Notes: generated from the sequence alone by a model not told the origin. A stretch of DNA of 64,000 bases from an uncultured Acidobacteriota bacterium (GCA_963779415.1 CAVZYA010000001.1:516519-580518); one strand, 5' to 3'. Shown: positions 11,435 to 19,415, counted from the first letter of the stretch. Program-made: numbers and translations.

Positions 11435-11854
11435 ATGGCTGAGAAATGCCGAGTGGGGGTCTGCGGGTACGACCCCGTTCTGGTGAAGGGATACGTCAAG
11501 ACAGGCGAGCGAGCCCTCTGGTGGCACCTGTCGGACGAGGTGTACGAACAATACCAGGTGAAGCCGGGTGACACCGTCACCGGGAAGATCCTGGCGGTTT
11601 ACGACGGGACCGGCACGAAGACGGCCTCCCCGAACGAGCCCTTCGAGTGGAAGTGCCCGAAGGAGTCGGGCCTGGCGGTCCTCCTGCCGCCTGCGACCAT
11701 CGTCAAGTTCAAGCTCTCCGCTTTCCATTTCCTCGAGCTGCTCGTGGAGAAGGTCGGCGGAAAGGACGTCTATCCCGGCAAGGAGCAGATGAGCTTGAAA
11801 TGGTGGCCCGAAGAGAGGATGAAGCTCGACTACAAGGTGCCTTACATCGAGTAG
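11435..11854 (+). CDS. Hypothetical protein (139 aa)
   Basis: RBS GGAGGG upstream. Coding-like composition. Last gene before the intrinsic terminator. Confidence 0.55.
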   Translation: MAEKCRVGVCGYDPVLVKGYVKTGERALWWHLSDEVYEQYQVKPGDTVTGKILAVYDGTGTKTASPNEPFEWKCPKESGLAVLLPPATIVKFKLSAFHFLELLVEKVGGKDVYPGKEQMSLKWWPEERMKLDYKVPYIE

Positions 11855-11948
11855 AACACAGGACGCTCTCTCCCCCGCTCCCTTGAAGCGCCGGTTCCGT
11901 TCGGACCGGCGGGCAAGGACCGGGCGGGGCGAAATCAGTCGCTCACGG

Positions 11949-11994
11949 CCCCCTCTCCTGGCCCTGAAGCACCAGGAGAGGGGGATTCTTTTTC
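11949..11994 (+). terminator. Rho-independent terminator: 13-bp perfect stem CCCCCTCTCCTGG / CCAGGAGAGGGGG, 10-nt loop, then ATTCTTTTTC
   Basis: Perfect inverted repeat followed by a T-tract on the + strand only. Sits 95 nt after the stop at 11854 and ends the OFA/CoA-transferase/small-protein operon. Confidence 0.75.
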
Positions 11995-12048
11995 ATGTAT
12001 CCTCGGCGATGGAACGGTGACATTCGATCGGAAGGGAGAATCGCGTAC

Positions 12049-12291
12049 ATGACAGAACACGACAAGCCGAATGAAGAGGGCTACACGGCTCCGGCGTACG
12101 TCGACCCGGCGATGGGCGACAGCCCCCCCGTCGGAGGCCTGATTGACAACGAGGCCGTCTGCCGGGACTGCATGACCGCCGCCGAGGAAGTCAGCATGCG
12201 GCGCGGGTTTGTCGACCCCGTCTCCGAGCAGCAGGCCAAGGCGAAGGGGACCGTCTGCGCCCGGTGCGGCAAGAAACTCGTCGCCGCGTAG
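12049..12291 (+). CDS. Hypothetical small protein with two CxxC pairs (zinc-ribbon-like), 80 aa
   Basis: ATG at 12049 preceded by AAGGGAG. CRDC...CARCGKK motifs. The upstream in-frame ATG at 11995 lies inside the terminator T-tract. Confidence 0.45.
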   Translation: MTEHDKPNEEGYTAPAYVDPAMGDSPPVGGLIDNEAVCRDCMTAAEEVSMRRGFVDPVSEQQAKAKGTVCARCGKKLVAA

Positions 12292-12334
12292 CGCCCCCTT
12301 CAATCCAGCCGGACGGGGCGGGCGGAATCACCTC

Positions 12335-12748
12335 ATGGCAGAGCCGGAAAAGGCCCCACGACGAGAGGTCGTCGAGCAGCTCCTGCCGCTCGTGGTGGAG
12401 TTGATTCCAGGGCAGGCGGCTGAAGGCCTGATCGAAGTGCTCGAGCCGGGCAGCTACGAGGCCCATTCCCTCCGGACGCTTTGCGAGAATCTCCTCAGGA
12501 GAACGAACTGGAGCGTGGAGGAGCAGCAGGTCCTGGAGGACATCAGGAGACAGCTCGACGGGGGCCGGCTCCTCTGCCGGGGCCGACCCGTCGACGGCCG
12601 GGCTCTGGATCTCGCGGTGGTCGAGGAAACCGAAGCAGGCGAGAAGTATCTCTATGTGCCTGTCCACGCCATCAGGCCGCAGGAAGGCGGAGGCGCGGCA
12701 CCCCGGATCGCGCACCAAAGTTCAGCAGACGAGAGCAGGAGCCTATGA
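12335..12748 (+). CDS. Hypothetical protein (137 aa) and candidate ubiquitin-like modifier precursor: helical N-terminal half, then ...KYLYVPVHAIRPQEGGG followed by a 17-aa tail
   Basis: ATG at 12335 (MAEPEK...). Coding-like composition. The C-terminal half resembles a beta-grasp ending in GG(G), like MoaD/ThiS/ubiquitin tails, with a removable extension. Stop overlaps the next ATG (ATGA). Confidence 0.5.
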   Translation: MAEPEKAPRREVVEQLLPLVVELIPGQAAEGLIEVLEPGSYEAHSLRTLCENLLRRTNWSVEEQQVLEDIRRQLDGGRLLCRGRPVDGRALDLAVVEETEAGEKYLYVPVHAIRPQEGGGAAPRIAHQSSADESRSL

Positions 12749-12951
12749 GTTCCAGGTTCGTAGTCACGGAGAGCACCACGGTGGACGATGTTGCCGCGGC
12801 GGGCCGGCCCGACCCCCTCTACTGCAAACTCGGCCTGGGCCAGCAGGCCCGCGTCCTCGCGGACGAGATCGATGCCGCGCTTGGTGGGGATACGAGCTGC
12901 GGGGGCGCCGGACTCGGATATGTTCCGGACATCGTAGAGGTTGAAGAATAG
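12745..12951 (+). CDS. Hypothetical small protein (68 aa) with internal ...CGGAG... motif
   Basis: ATG overlaps the upstream stop; GGAG 8 nt upstream. Could alternatively be a spurious ORF. Confidence 0.35.
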   Translation: MSSRFVVTESTTVDDVAAAGRPDPLYCKLGLGQQARVLADEIDAALGGDTSCGGAGLGYVPDIVEVEE

Positions 12952-13159
12952 CCTGGAGAATCGCGTGGAGATAGAGGCTCCCAAGGACTGGGACCCGAAG
13001 TGCCCAAAGTGCCAGGAAGAGCTTCGACGAATGCTCGAGCTGTCACAGTCGGTCTACGAGGACCTCGACCACGGCGCGGGGTTGTACCGGTTGCCGTTGC
13101 CACCTTGCACGCACCATGCGGCGCAGGGCGAGCACAAAGACGCAGGAGGGGTCGCTTGA
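12941..13159 (+). CDS. Hypothetical small protein (72 aa) with CPKC motif
   Basis: Overlaps the previous ORF by 11 nt. Weak support; composition only. Confidence 0.3.
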   Translation: MKNSLENRVEIEAPKDWDPKCPKCQEELRRMLELSQSVYEDLDHGAGLYRLPLPPCTHHAAQGEHKDAGGVA

Positions 13160-13199
13160 CAGACCCACTTGTGGCTTTCCGGCCGTCGGGCGCCCCGGC

Positions 13200-14411
13200 A
13201 TGATGGATCTGCTGGAGTCCGACCTGGAGCTCGTCGTCCGGTCAGGATTCATCTACCTGCCGCTCCTCTTTGATCCTTCGGTGGCGACGGAGATCGAGGG
13301 GAACGTGGGCAATCACCTGGTCGCCCGGGACGCCGGCAGGCATTTCGTTCGGACGATGAGCCTGCGATCGCTCGTTTCAAGCTACGAGGCTCTCTGGCCG
13401 AAGTCGTACGAGAAGTTGCGGCGGTCGAAGCTGTGCCGGTTCTCCGGGGACCTTTCGCCGGCCGAAACGGGCGCCAGCGAGCGGCTGAAGGAGATCCTCT
13501 TCTCCGTCATGCCGCACTTCGTCAGGAGGGGGAAGCGGCTCGACAGGAGGCGGCTGACCGAGGAGGACGTGCTGGACCTCATCGAGGAGAGAACCGGACT
13601 TCCCGGCGGATACGCCATGGCTGCAGCCAGCGCTCGGGATCCGGGCTCCATCCGGCAGATCCTCGTGGAACTCGAGGAACGCCGCCCGGCGGCCGAGCCG
13701 CTGCCCGAGGGCCGAATGTCTGCGCGGACCCTCGCGGATTGGCTTCTGCGCGCCCAGGAAGCCCGGATTCTGGAAGAGGAGAGCCAGCGACTGACGGGGT
13801 TTCTCTCCGCGCAGGAGGGCCTCGATACGAGGGCGGCCAGGCGGCTGGCGATTTTGCGGTGCGTCGCGGAGAAGGGGACGTTGGAAATCGACGGATTCGG
13901 CTTTCTGAGGACAGGACCCGGCGACGACTACGTGATCTACAAGCGCACCGGCGAGTTCGCTCTCAAGGACTACTACGGTCGGCTCTATCTGTTTCCGGAT
14001 TGCCGGGTTGCCGTGTCGACGGCCGCTGGCCTCAGGCCCTTCGTCGTGGAGACCTACAAGCATCCGTTTCTCGAGGCCCACGACTCCGGCCAGGAGATCT
14101 GCCTGGGCCGCACCACGGCGCGCCGCTTCTCCGGAGCGGCGGCGATCGTCGAGGCTCTGCAGGAGGGAATCAACGCCCTGCTCCATGGCTACAGCAGCCG
14201 GCGCCGAAACGGGTACCACAGACTGGAGGGACTGTTGAGGTCGGTCCGGCTCCCTGGCCCGGACGATCCCGGCTACCCGGAACCGCCGGACGACAGGCCC
14301 CGCTCCAAGCGGCACATCCTGGACGTCGACTTCGACGACTACCGCATCCCGGCCGATCACCCCGGGATCGTGTCGGGTCGGGTCGAGATCACCAACGACG
14401 TCGTGCCGTGA
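13200..14411 (+). CDS. Protein with a C-terminal UBC/E2-like domain (HPF...GQEICLG) and a ~250 aa N-terminal domain of unknown function
   Basis: ATG-ATG at 13200. C-terminal segment LYLFPDCRVAVSTAAGLRPFVVETYKHPFLEAHDSGQEICLGRT...IVEALQEGINALL mirrors the UBC core: beta-sheet, HPN-like motif, then catalytic Cys in G-x-I-C-L. HPF codons at about 14061-14069, Cys codon about 14099. Confidence 0.6.
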   Translation: MMDLLESDLELVVRSGFIYLPLLFDPSVATEIEGNVGNHLVARDAGRHFVRTMSLRSLVSSYEALWPKSYEKLRRSKLCRFSGDLSPAETGASERLKEILFSVMPHFVRRGKRLDRRRLTEEDVLDLIEERTGLPGGYAMAAASARDPGSIRQILVELEERRPAAEPLPEGRMSARTLADWLLRAQEARILEEESQRLTGFLSAQEGLDTRAARRLAILRCVAEKGTLEIDGFGFLRTGPGDDYVIYKRTGEFALKDYYGRLYLFPDCRVAVSTAAGLRPFVVETYKHPFLEAHDSGQEICLGRTTARRFSGAAAIVEALQEGINALLHGYSSRRRNGYHRLEGLLRSVRLPGPDDPGYPEPPDDRPRSKRHILDVDFDDYRIPADHPGIVSGRVEITNDVVP

Positions 14412-14884
14412 TGACGACGGACGACACCCTCTCGCGGGACGAGCCGCCCCGGGCGACGCCGGATCTGTTGCGGGACATAAGAACCATGCGCGCCGGCAGG
14501 CGGCGGAAGGAGCCCTTTCGGACGAGCCTCTACTCCCGGGTCGGGGGTCTGGTGAGGCGATATGGCCTGGACGAGGCGTTCCTCCGGGCGCTCGACTCCC
14601 CGGGCGGCTTCTCCCGGGACGGCCGTCCGGATGCCGTCCGGCCGAAGGGGAAAGCGCCCTATGCTCCTCCCCTCTTTTTCCTTTCCACGGAGAGAGAGCA
14701 CCGCGTGACGACGGTCATCCTGGAGAAAGTGAAGAGCCCGTTCCTCGCGTACGCCACGTCGCCCGACGAGATTCTCCTCTGCGAACGCCTGTTCCGTGAG
14801 GACCCGTCCCTTTCTCAGGAAACGCTCGCGTGCCATCATTTCGAGACGTTGATGCCGGCCGGAGCGGATTCCGGGCCGGGCTGA
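14411..14884 (+). CDS. Hypothetical protein (157 aa), operon member
   Basis: ATG overlaps the upstream TGA (GTGATGA). Coding-like composition. Confidence 0.5.
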   Translation: MTTDDTLSRDEPPRATPDLLRDIRTMRAGRRRKEPFRTSLYSRVGGLVRRYGLDEAFLRALDSPGGFSRDGRPDAVRPKGKAPYAPPLFFLSTEREHRVTTVILEKVKSPFLAYATSPDEILLCERLFREDPSLSQETLACHHFETLMPAGADSGPG

Positions 14885-14899
14885 GGCGGGAGGAGAGTC

Positions 14900-16000
14900 G
14901 TGGAACGGATTTCGCCGCAACGCCGCCGGGAGATCGGGGAGAGAGTCGGCGCATTCCGCGAGAGCCAGGTCGGCGACGCCGTCAATCAGATTCTCGAGTT
15001 CGACAAGACGCCGGCCGACCTCAAGGCCTACATGGACCGGTTCGTCATCGGCCAGGAGCAGGGGAAGAAGATCATCTCCGTCGGCATCGCCTACCATTAC
15101 CGGAGGCTCGCGGCGGCCCTCAGGCGCGCCGTCGTCGAGAACGGCGAGGAGCTGGGCGCCGCCTTGCACGGCGCGGCCACGCCGAAGGCCAACATCCTGA
15201 TCGTGGGGCCCCCCGGCTGCGGGAAGACCTACACGGGCGAGGTCGCCTCCCGGCTCGTGGGGGTGCCGTTCGCCGTGGAGGACCTGACGAAGTTCAGCGA
15301 AACGGGCTACGTGGGCCAGAACGTGAGCGACATCCTCCTGGACCTGCTGATCGCGGCCGGCGGCAACCCCCAGGTGGCCCAGATGGGCATCGTCTACCTG
15401 GACGAGATCGACAAGATCGCCGCCGAGCCGATCGTCTCGAAGGACGTGTCGGGGCGCGGGGTCCAGAAGGGGCTCCTCAAGCTCGTCGAGGGGGCCGAGA
15501 ACACCATCGACCTGGGCCAAGAACGGATCTCCCTTTCCACCCGACACGTCCTGTTCATCGCAGGAGGCGTGTTCGAGGGGCTGGAAGGAACCGTCGGAAA
15601 GCGGATGGAAAGGGATCGTCTCGAAGGCGAGTGGAAGGACCACCTCCTCACGGACGACTTCGTCGGCTGCGGGATGGAGCGGCAGCTCATGGGGAGGTTC
15701 CCCGTTCGGGCCGTCTACGACCCGCTCAGCGTCGAAGACCTCAAGAACATCCTGCTCGAGAGCGAGGAGAGTCCGTCCCGCGCCTACATCGACGACCTGA
15801 AGGCGTGGAACATCGAACTCCGGTTCACGGACGGCGCTCTCACGGAGGTCGCGAGGCGCGCGCAGCAGGATCGGACGGGCGCCCGGGGACTCATCGGCAT
15901 CCTCCACAAGGTGCTTCTGGAGGACATGTACCGGCTTCCGGGCGTCCACACCGGCGAGCTGGTGGTGGACGAGAAGTACATCCGGGAGCGGCTCGGGTGA
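14900..16000 (+). CDS. ClpX-like AAA+ ATPase (unfoldase) lacking the N-terminal zinc-binding domain and the IGF ClpP-docking loop
   Basis: [22 protein letters not shown], Walker [25 protein letters not shown], Walker [30 protein letters not shown] and sensor-2 TGARGL all align with ClpX/HslU. 366 aa, against ~420 aa for canonical ClpX. Confidence 0.85.
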   Translation: MERISPQRRREIGERVGAFRESQVGDAVNQILEFDKTPADLKAYMDRFVIGQEQGKKIISVGIAYHYRRLAAALRRAVVENGEELGAALHGAATPKANILIVGPPGCGKTYTGEVASRLVGVPFAVEDLTKFSETGYVGQNVSDILLDLLIAAGGNPQVAQMGIVYLDEIDKIAAEPIVSKDVSGRGVQKGLLKLVEGAENTIDLGQERISLSTRHVLFIAGGVFEGLEGTVGKRMERDRLEGEWKDHLLTDDFVGCGMERQLMGRFPVRAVYDPLSVEDLKNILLESEESPSRAYIDDLKAWNIELRFTDGALTEVARRAQQDRTGARGLIGILHKVLLEDMYRLPGVHTGELVVDEKYIRERLG

Positions 16001-16050
16001 GATTCCGGGGGCTCTCGGAGCTGAAGCGCGCGCCATGCTTCGAGGCTCCC

Positions 16051-16803
16051 GTGGGAACCCTGCCGGAGTGGATCCGGATGACGCGTCACTCCCTCGCGAA
16101 GGCCTTCAAGATCAACGAGCTCGTCCGGTCCGTCCACGGGGACAGCTACGAGTGGTACGGATTCACCGTCGCCGAGCGGAGCGATCCGGAGCTGGTCGTG
16201 GACGTTCTTCTTCCGGCCAACGACGAGAACTTCACGGACCACACCCGCGTCGCACCCGAGGCGATCGACGCGTCGAGAGAGTCCCTCCCCCGGGATCGGG
16301 TGATCAACGGCTGGATCCACTCCCACGGGGCCCTGCCGTACGAAGGGTTCTCCTTCGTGGACGAGAGGAACCAGGAGGCCGTGACCGATTACGTGAACAC
16401 GCTTCTCAGGAAGCCGGTGGCCAAGAAGGAGATCCTGATCAGGGACCTCGCGATCCTCGTCGAGGGCCGCTTCTCGGAGAAGGAGCTGGAGCAGGGAAGC
16501 GTCGCGCTCATCACCGACGCCCCCGTCAAGGAGGCCCGGATCATCGAGACCATATACGGAAGCTTCTGCTTCGCCATCGTCATCGGCGACGACGGCTGGC
16601 ACAGGCAGCAGGTCCATTACCGCAGGCGGGGCATCCTTTCCGGGCAGACGACCGAGGAGAGCCGGGACACCGACATCGTCCTTTCGGGCGACGCGCGGCC
16701 GCTCACCGAGGCGGAGATCCAGATGCTGGCGGACGAGGTCCGCACCCGGATCCGGCCGGGCGTGGCCGTTCCACCCGAGCGGTTCGAGCGGGAGGCGACA
16801 TAA
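16051..16803 (+). CDS. JAB/MPN (JAMM) family metalloprotease, deubiquitinase-like
   Basis: Motif GWIHSHGALPYEGFSFVDE = H-x-H-x8-S-x2-D with upstream Glu residues. GTG at 16051 or ATG at 16078. Lies in the long frame after the ClpX-like gene. Confidence 0.75.
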   Translation: MGTLPEWIRMTRHSLAKAFKINELVRSVHGDSYEWYGFTVAERSDPELVVDVLLPANDENFTDHTRVAPEAIDASRESLPRDRVINGWIHSHGALPYEGFSFVDERNQEAVTDYVNTLLRKPVAKKEILIRDLAILVEGRFSEKELEQGSVALITDAPVKEARIIETIYGSFCFAIVIGDDGWHRQQVHYRRRGILSGQTTEESRDTDIVLSGDARPLTEAEIQMLADEVRTRIRPGVAVPPERFEREAT

Positions 16804-16840
16804 GGTCGGCGGCGGCCTGGGGCGAAGGGACGCGATCGGC

Positions 16841-18118
16841 ATGGAGACGGGACCGGCTCGCGAGAAGGCGCATGACCCGAGGCTGGACCGCCAGCTCCGG
16901 ATCCCGAACTGGAACCAGCGGGCCCTCGAGGAGGCGCGGCTCGCCGTCTTCGGCGACGACGACCTTCTCGCCTCGCTCTACGTCCTCTCCGCCGCGGCCC
17001 TCGGCGTGAACGACGTCGTCCTGATCGCGCCCGCCTGGAATGAGAAGCTGATCGAAATCGCCCGCCAGCTCAATCCGAGGCTCAGGCTGGCCCTCCTCGA
17101 GGGGCTCCACACCCACCCGGTCCTGGAGGAGCTCTTCAGGCCCTGCACGGCCATCGTGGACCTCACCCGCTACGCTCTGGCCAACAAGCTTCTGCTGGAG
17201 ACGGGCTACCGGTCGGGAATTCCGGTGATCCGTGGGTTCTGCCTCGAGAAAGACGGGTGGGAAGGGCTCTCCGTCTTCACCTACAGGCGCGGCCGGGAGT
17301 GGGAGGAGCTCCGGGAGCTCGTCTCGCCCTCCAATCTTCCCTGCGACCACTTCGACGACGCGATTCTGGCCCTCGTCGCGGCCGGCATCGCCCTGGAAGA
17401 AACCAAGAACGTCATCATGGGACACCGGGTGTCGGAGGAGCTGATCGGCTACAGGCGGCCGAAGGTGGTTCCCCTGGAGCCCGACTCCGGCGTCATCATC
17501 GTCGGCGCCGGCGCCCTGGGTAACTTCGTCGGGCTCGGACTGGCCTGTACGGGGCTCCGGCGAATCACGGTCGTCGATCCCGACGTGGTGGACGTGACTA
17601 ACCTCAACAGGCAGGTGCTCCTGGCCGGCGGCGTAGGCCGAAGCAAGGCCGAGGTCCTCTGCGAGCGCCTGCACTCCCTCTTCGGAATCCGGGCGGAGGC
17701 CCGGGTGGCTTATTTCCGGAAGGACTCCGAGCTCGACGCCTCCGACGCTGTCTTCGATTGCGTGGACAACTTCGAGACCCGGGTGATCCTGAGTGAGAGG
17801 TGCCGGGAAGAGGGAAAGGTGCTCATCAGCGGCGGCACGGGCCCTCAGGCCGGACAGGTCATCGTGTTCGATCCGGCGCGCCCGAGCGAAACGCCCGCGG
17901 AGGTTCTGGGACTCTACGAAATCGTCGAGAGGCGGGAGATCGACGCCTTCCGGAGGGAGACGGCGTCCTGCGCCTACCAGCCCGATCCGTCCGTCGTCAT
18001 GACGAATCAGATTATCGGAGGATTGATGGCCGATTCCTATCGTAGGCTCCTGGCCGGAGAGGAGACCCCGAATATCTTCTACGATTCGAGGAACGACGCC
18101 CGGATCTTCGGGGGGTGA
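16841..18118 (+). CDS. ThiF/MoeB/E1-like activating enzyme with a degenerate N-terminal and a canonical C-terminal adenylation domain
   Basis: N-terminal LDRQLRIPNWNQRALEEARLAVFGDDD... lacks GxGxxG. C-terminal IIVGAGALGNFVGLGLACTGLRRITVVDPDVVDVTNLNRQVL is the classic E1 nucleotide-binding motif. Cys in ...ETASCAYQPD is a candidate thioester site. Confidence 0.85.
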   Translation: METGPAREKAHDPRLDRQLRIPNWNQRALEEARLAVFGDDDLLASLYVLSAAALGVNDVVLIAPAWNEKLIEIARQLNPRLRLALLEGLHTHPVLEELFRPCTAIVDLTRYALANKLLLETGYRSGIPVIRGFCLEKDGWEGLSVFTYRRGREWEELRELVSPSNLPCDHFDDAILALVAAGIALEETKNVIMGHRVSEELIGYRRPKVVPLEPDSGVIIVGAGALGNFVGLGLACTGLRRITVVDPDVVDVTNLNRQVLLAGGVGRSKAEVLCERLHSLFGIRAEARVAYFRKDSELDASDAVFDCVDNFETRVILSERCREEGKVLISGGTGPQAGQVIVFDPARPSETPAEVLGLYEIVERREIDAFRRETASCAYQPDPSVVMTNQIIGGLMADSYRRLLAGEETPNIFYDSRNDARIFGG

Positions 18119-18191
18119 TAGAGTCGCGGCGAATTGCGTCCTGACGTGATGCGACGGCGAAAGGCCGCGGATCAGGGCCGAAGGAGCCGAG

Positions 18192-19415
18192 ATGAGCAGC
18201 GAGAACGACGTCGCGCAGACTCAGGAGGACCAGCCGATCGGCTGGCAGCGCCTCGGCGACGTCCTGACACCGCCGATTCCCGGCTTCGAGGACCTCCTCT
18301 TCCTTCCGAGCCTCGACAATCAGTCCTCCAACATCTACGTCCTGCCGGGGGACTGCGTAACGATCGTGGACCCGGGGAACGATTACACGGCCTTAATGGA
18401 GCTCTTCCCTGCGAGAGCCAGGCCCGAGGACGTCAGGAAGATCGTCCTGACGCACGGGCATTTCGACCACGCCATGGGGGCGCTCGAGTTCCTCAGGACG
18501 TATCCGGATCGCCCCACGGGCGCGCGCATCGAGCTGATCCTCCACGAAGGGGGTCCCGACCAGTTCAAGCAGACGGCGAGGGAGCAGGGCGCCTCCGTGA
18601 CCGAGGTACGGGGCGGGGAGACTCTCGAGCTGAGCGGCCTTTCCTTCGACGTGATCTACACGCCAGGCCATACCATCGACGGCATCGCCCTCTATCACGC
18701 CCCCTCGAGGACCGTCTTCAGCGGCGACGTCGTGCTGCCGCTCGCGGTAGCCGGACCCGATCCCAAGGCCGGGGGAAGCCTGGACCAGTACCTGTTCGGG
18801 CTGAGGGCGTTGCTCGCGAGGGAGATCGAGAACGTCCTCCCGGGCCACGGCCCCGTCGTCGGCCCGGGCGGGAGGAAGGTCATCGAGCAGACCTACGAGG
18901 CCGTCATGATGAAGCTCCTGGGGGTCGAGAAGCCGATCCCGTGGATCCAGGGTGCCATTCAGCTCGCGGAGCGCGGGCTGCTGGAAGAGGCCGTTTTCTG
19001 CGCCGGGAAAGAGCTGGCCCGCGACCCGGGGCACGCCAAGGCCCTCGAGCTCAAGGCCGTGTGCCTCAACGATCTCGGGCGGTCGTCTGAGGCCCTCGAG
19101 GTCCTGGATCGGCTGCAGGAGCTGCAGGCCGGCGACGATGCGTTCATCCACGTCGGCAGGGGATATGCCCTCATGGGGCTTGGCCAGTTCGAGGAGAGCG
19201 TCAAGTGCTTCGACGCCGCTCTCCGCATCACGCCGGGCCTGAGGGACGCGCTCGTCTACAAGGGGATGGCCCTCCATCTCTCGGGGAACCACGAGGAGGC
19301 CATGGACATCGAGCCCTTCAGGACGGAGTTCATGGGGCGGTTCCGGAGCGAGCTGCTCAAGGCGTCGCGGCCCGCCCCGAAGGATGGCCTCGCCGAAGGC
19401 ACTGGAAAGGCCTGA
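18192..19415 (+). CDS. Metallo-beta-lactamase-fold hydrolase fused to C-terminal TPR repeats
   Basis: LTHGHFDH (HxHxDH), TPGHT and a later His-Gly; C-terminal half has TPR-like A/L/G/Y spacing. 407 aa. Last gene of the operon. Confidence 0.8.
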   Translation: MSSENDVAQTQEDQPIGWQRLGDVLTPPIPGFEDLLFLPSLDNQSSNIYVLPGDCVTIVDPGNDYTALMELFPARARPEDVRKIVLTHGHFDHAMGALEFLRTYPDRPTGARIELILHEGGPDQFKQTAREQGASVTEVRGGETLELSGLSFDVIYTPGHTIDGIALYHAPSRTVFSGDVVLPLAVAGPDPKAGGSLDQYLFGLRALLAREIENVLPGHGPVVGPGGRKVIEQTYEAVMMKLLGVEKPIPWIQGAIQLAERGLLEEAVFCAGKELARDPGHAKALELKAVCLNDLGRSSEALEVLDRLQELQAGDDAFIHVGRGYALMGLGQFEESVKCFDAALRITPGLRDALVYKGMALHLSGNHEEAMDIEPFRTEFMGRFRSELLKASRPAPKDGLAEGTGKA

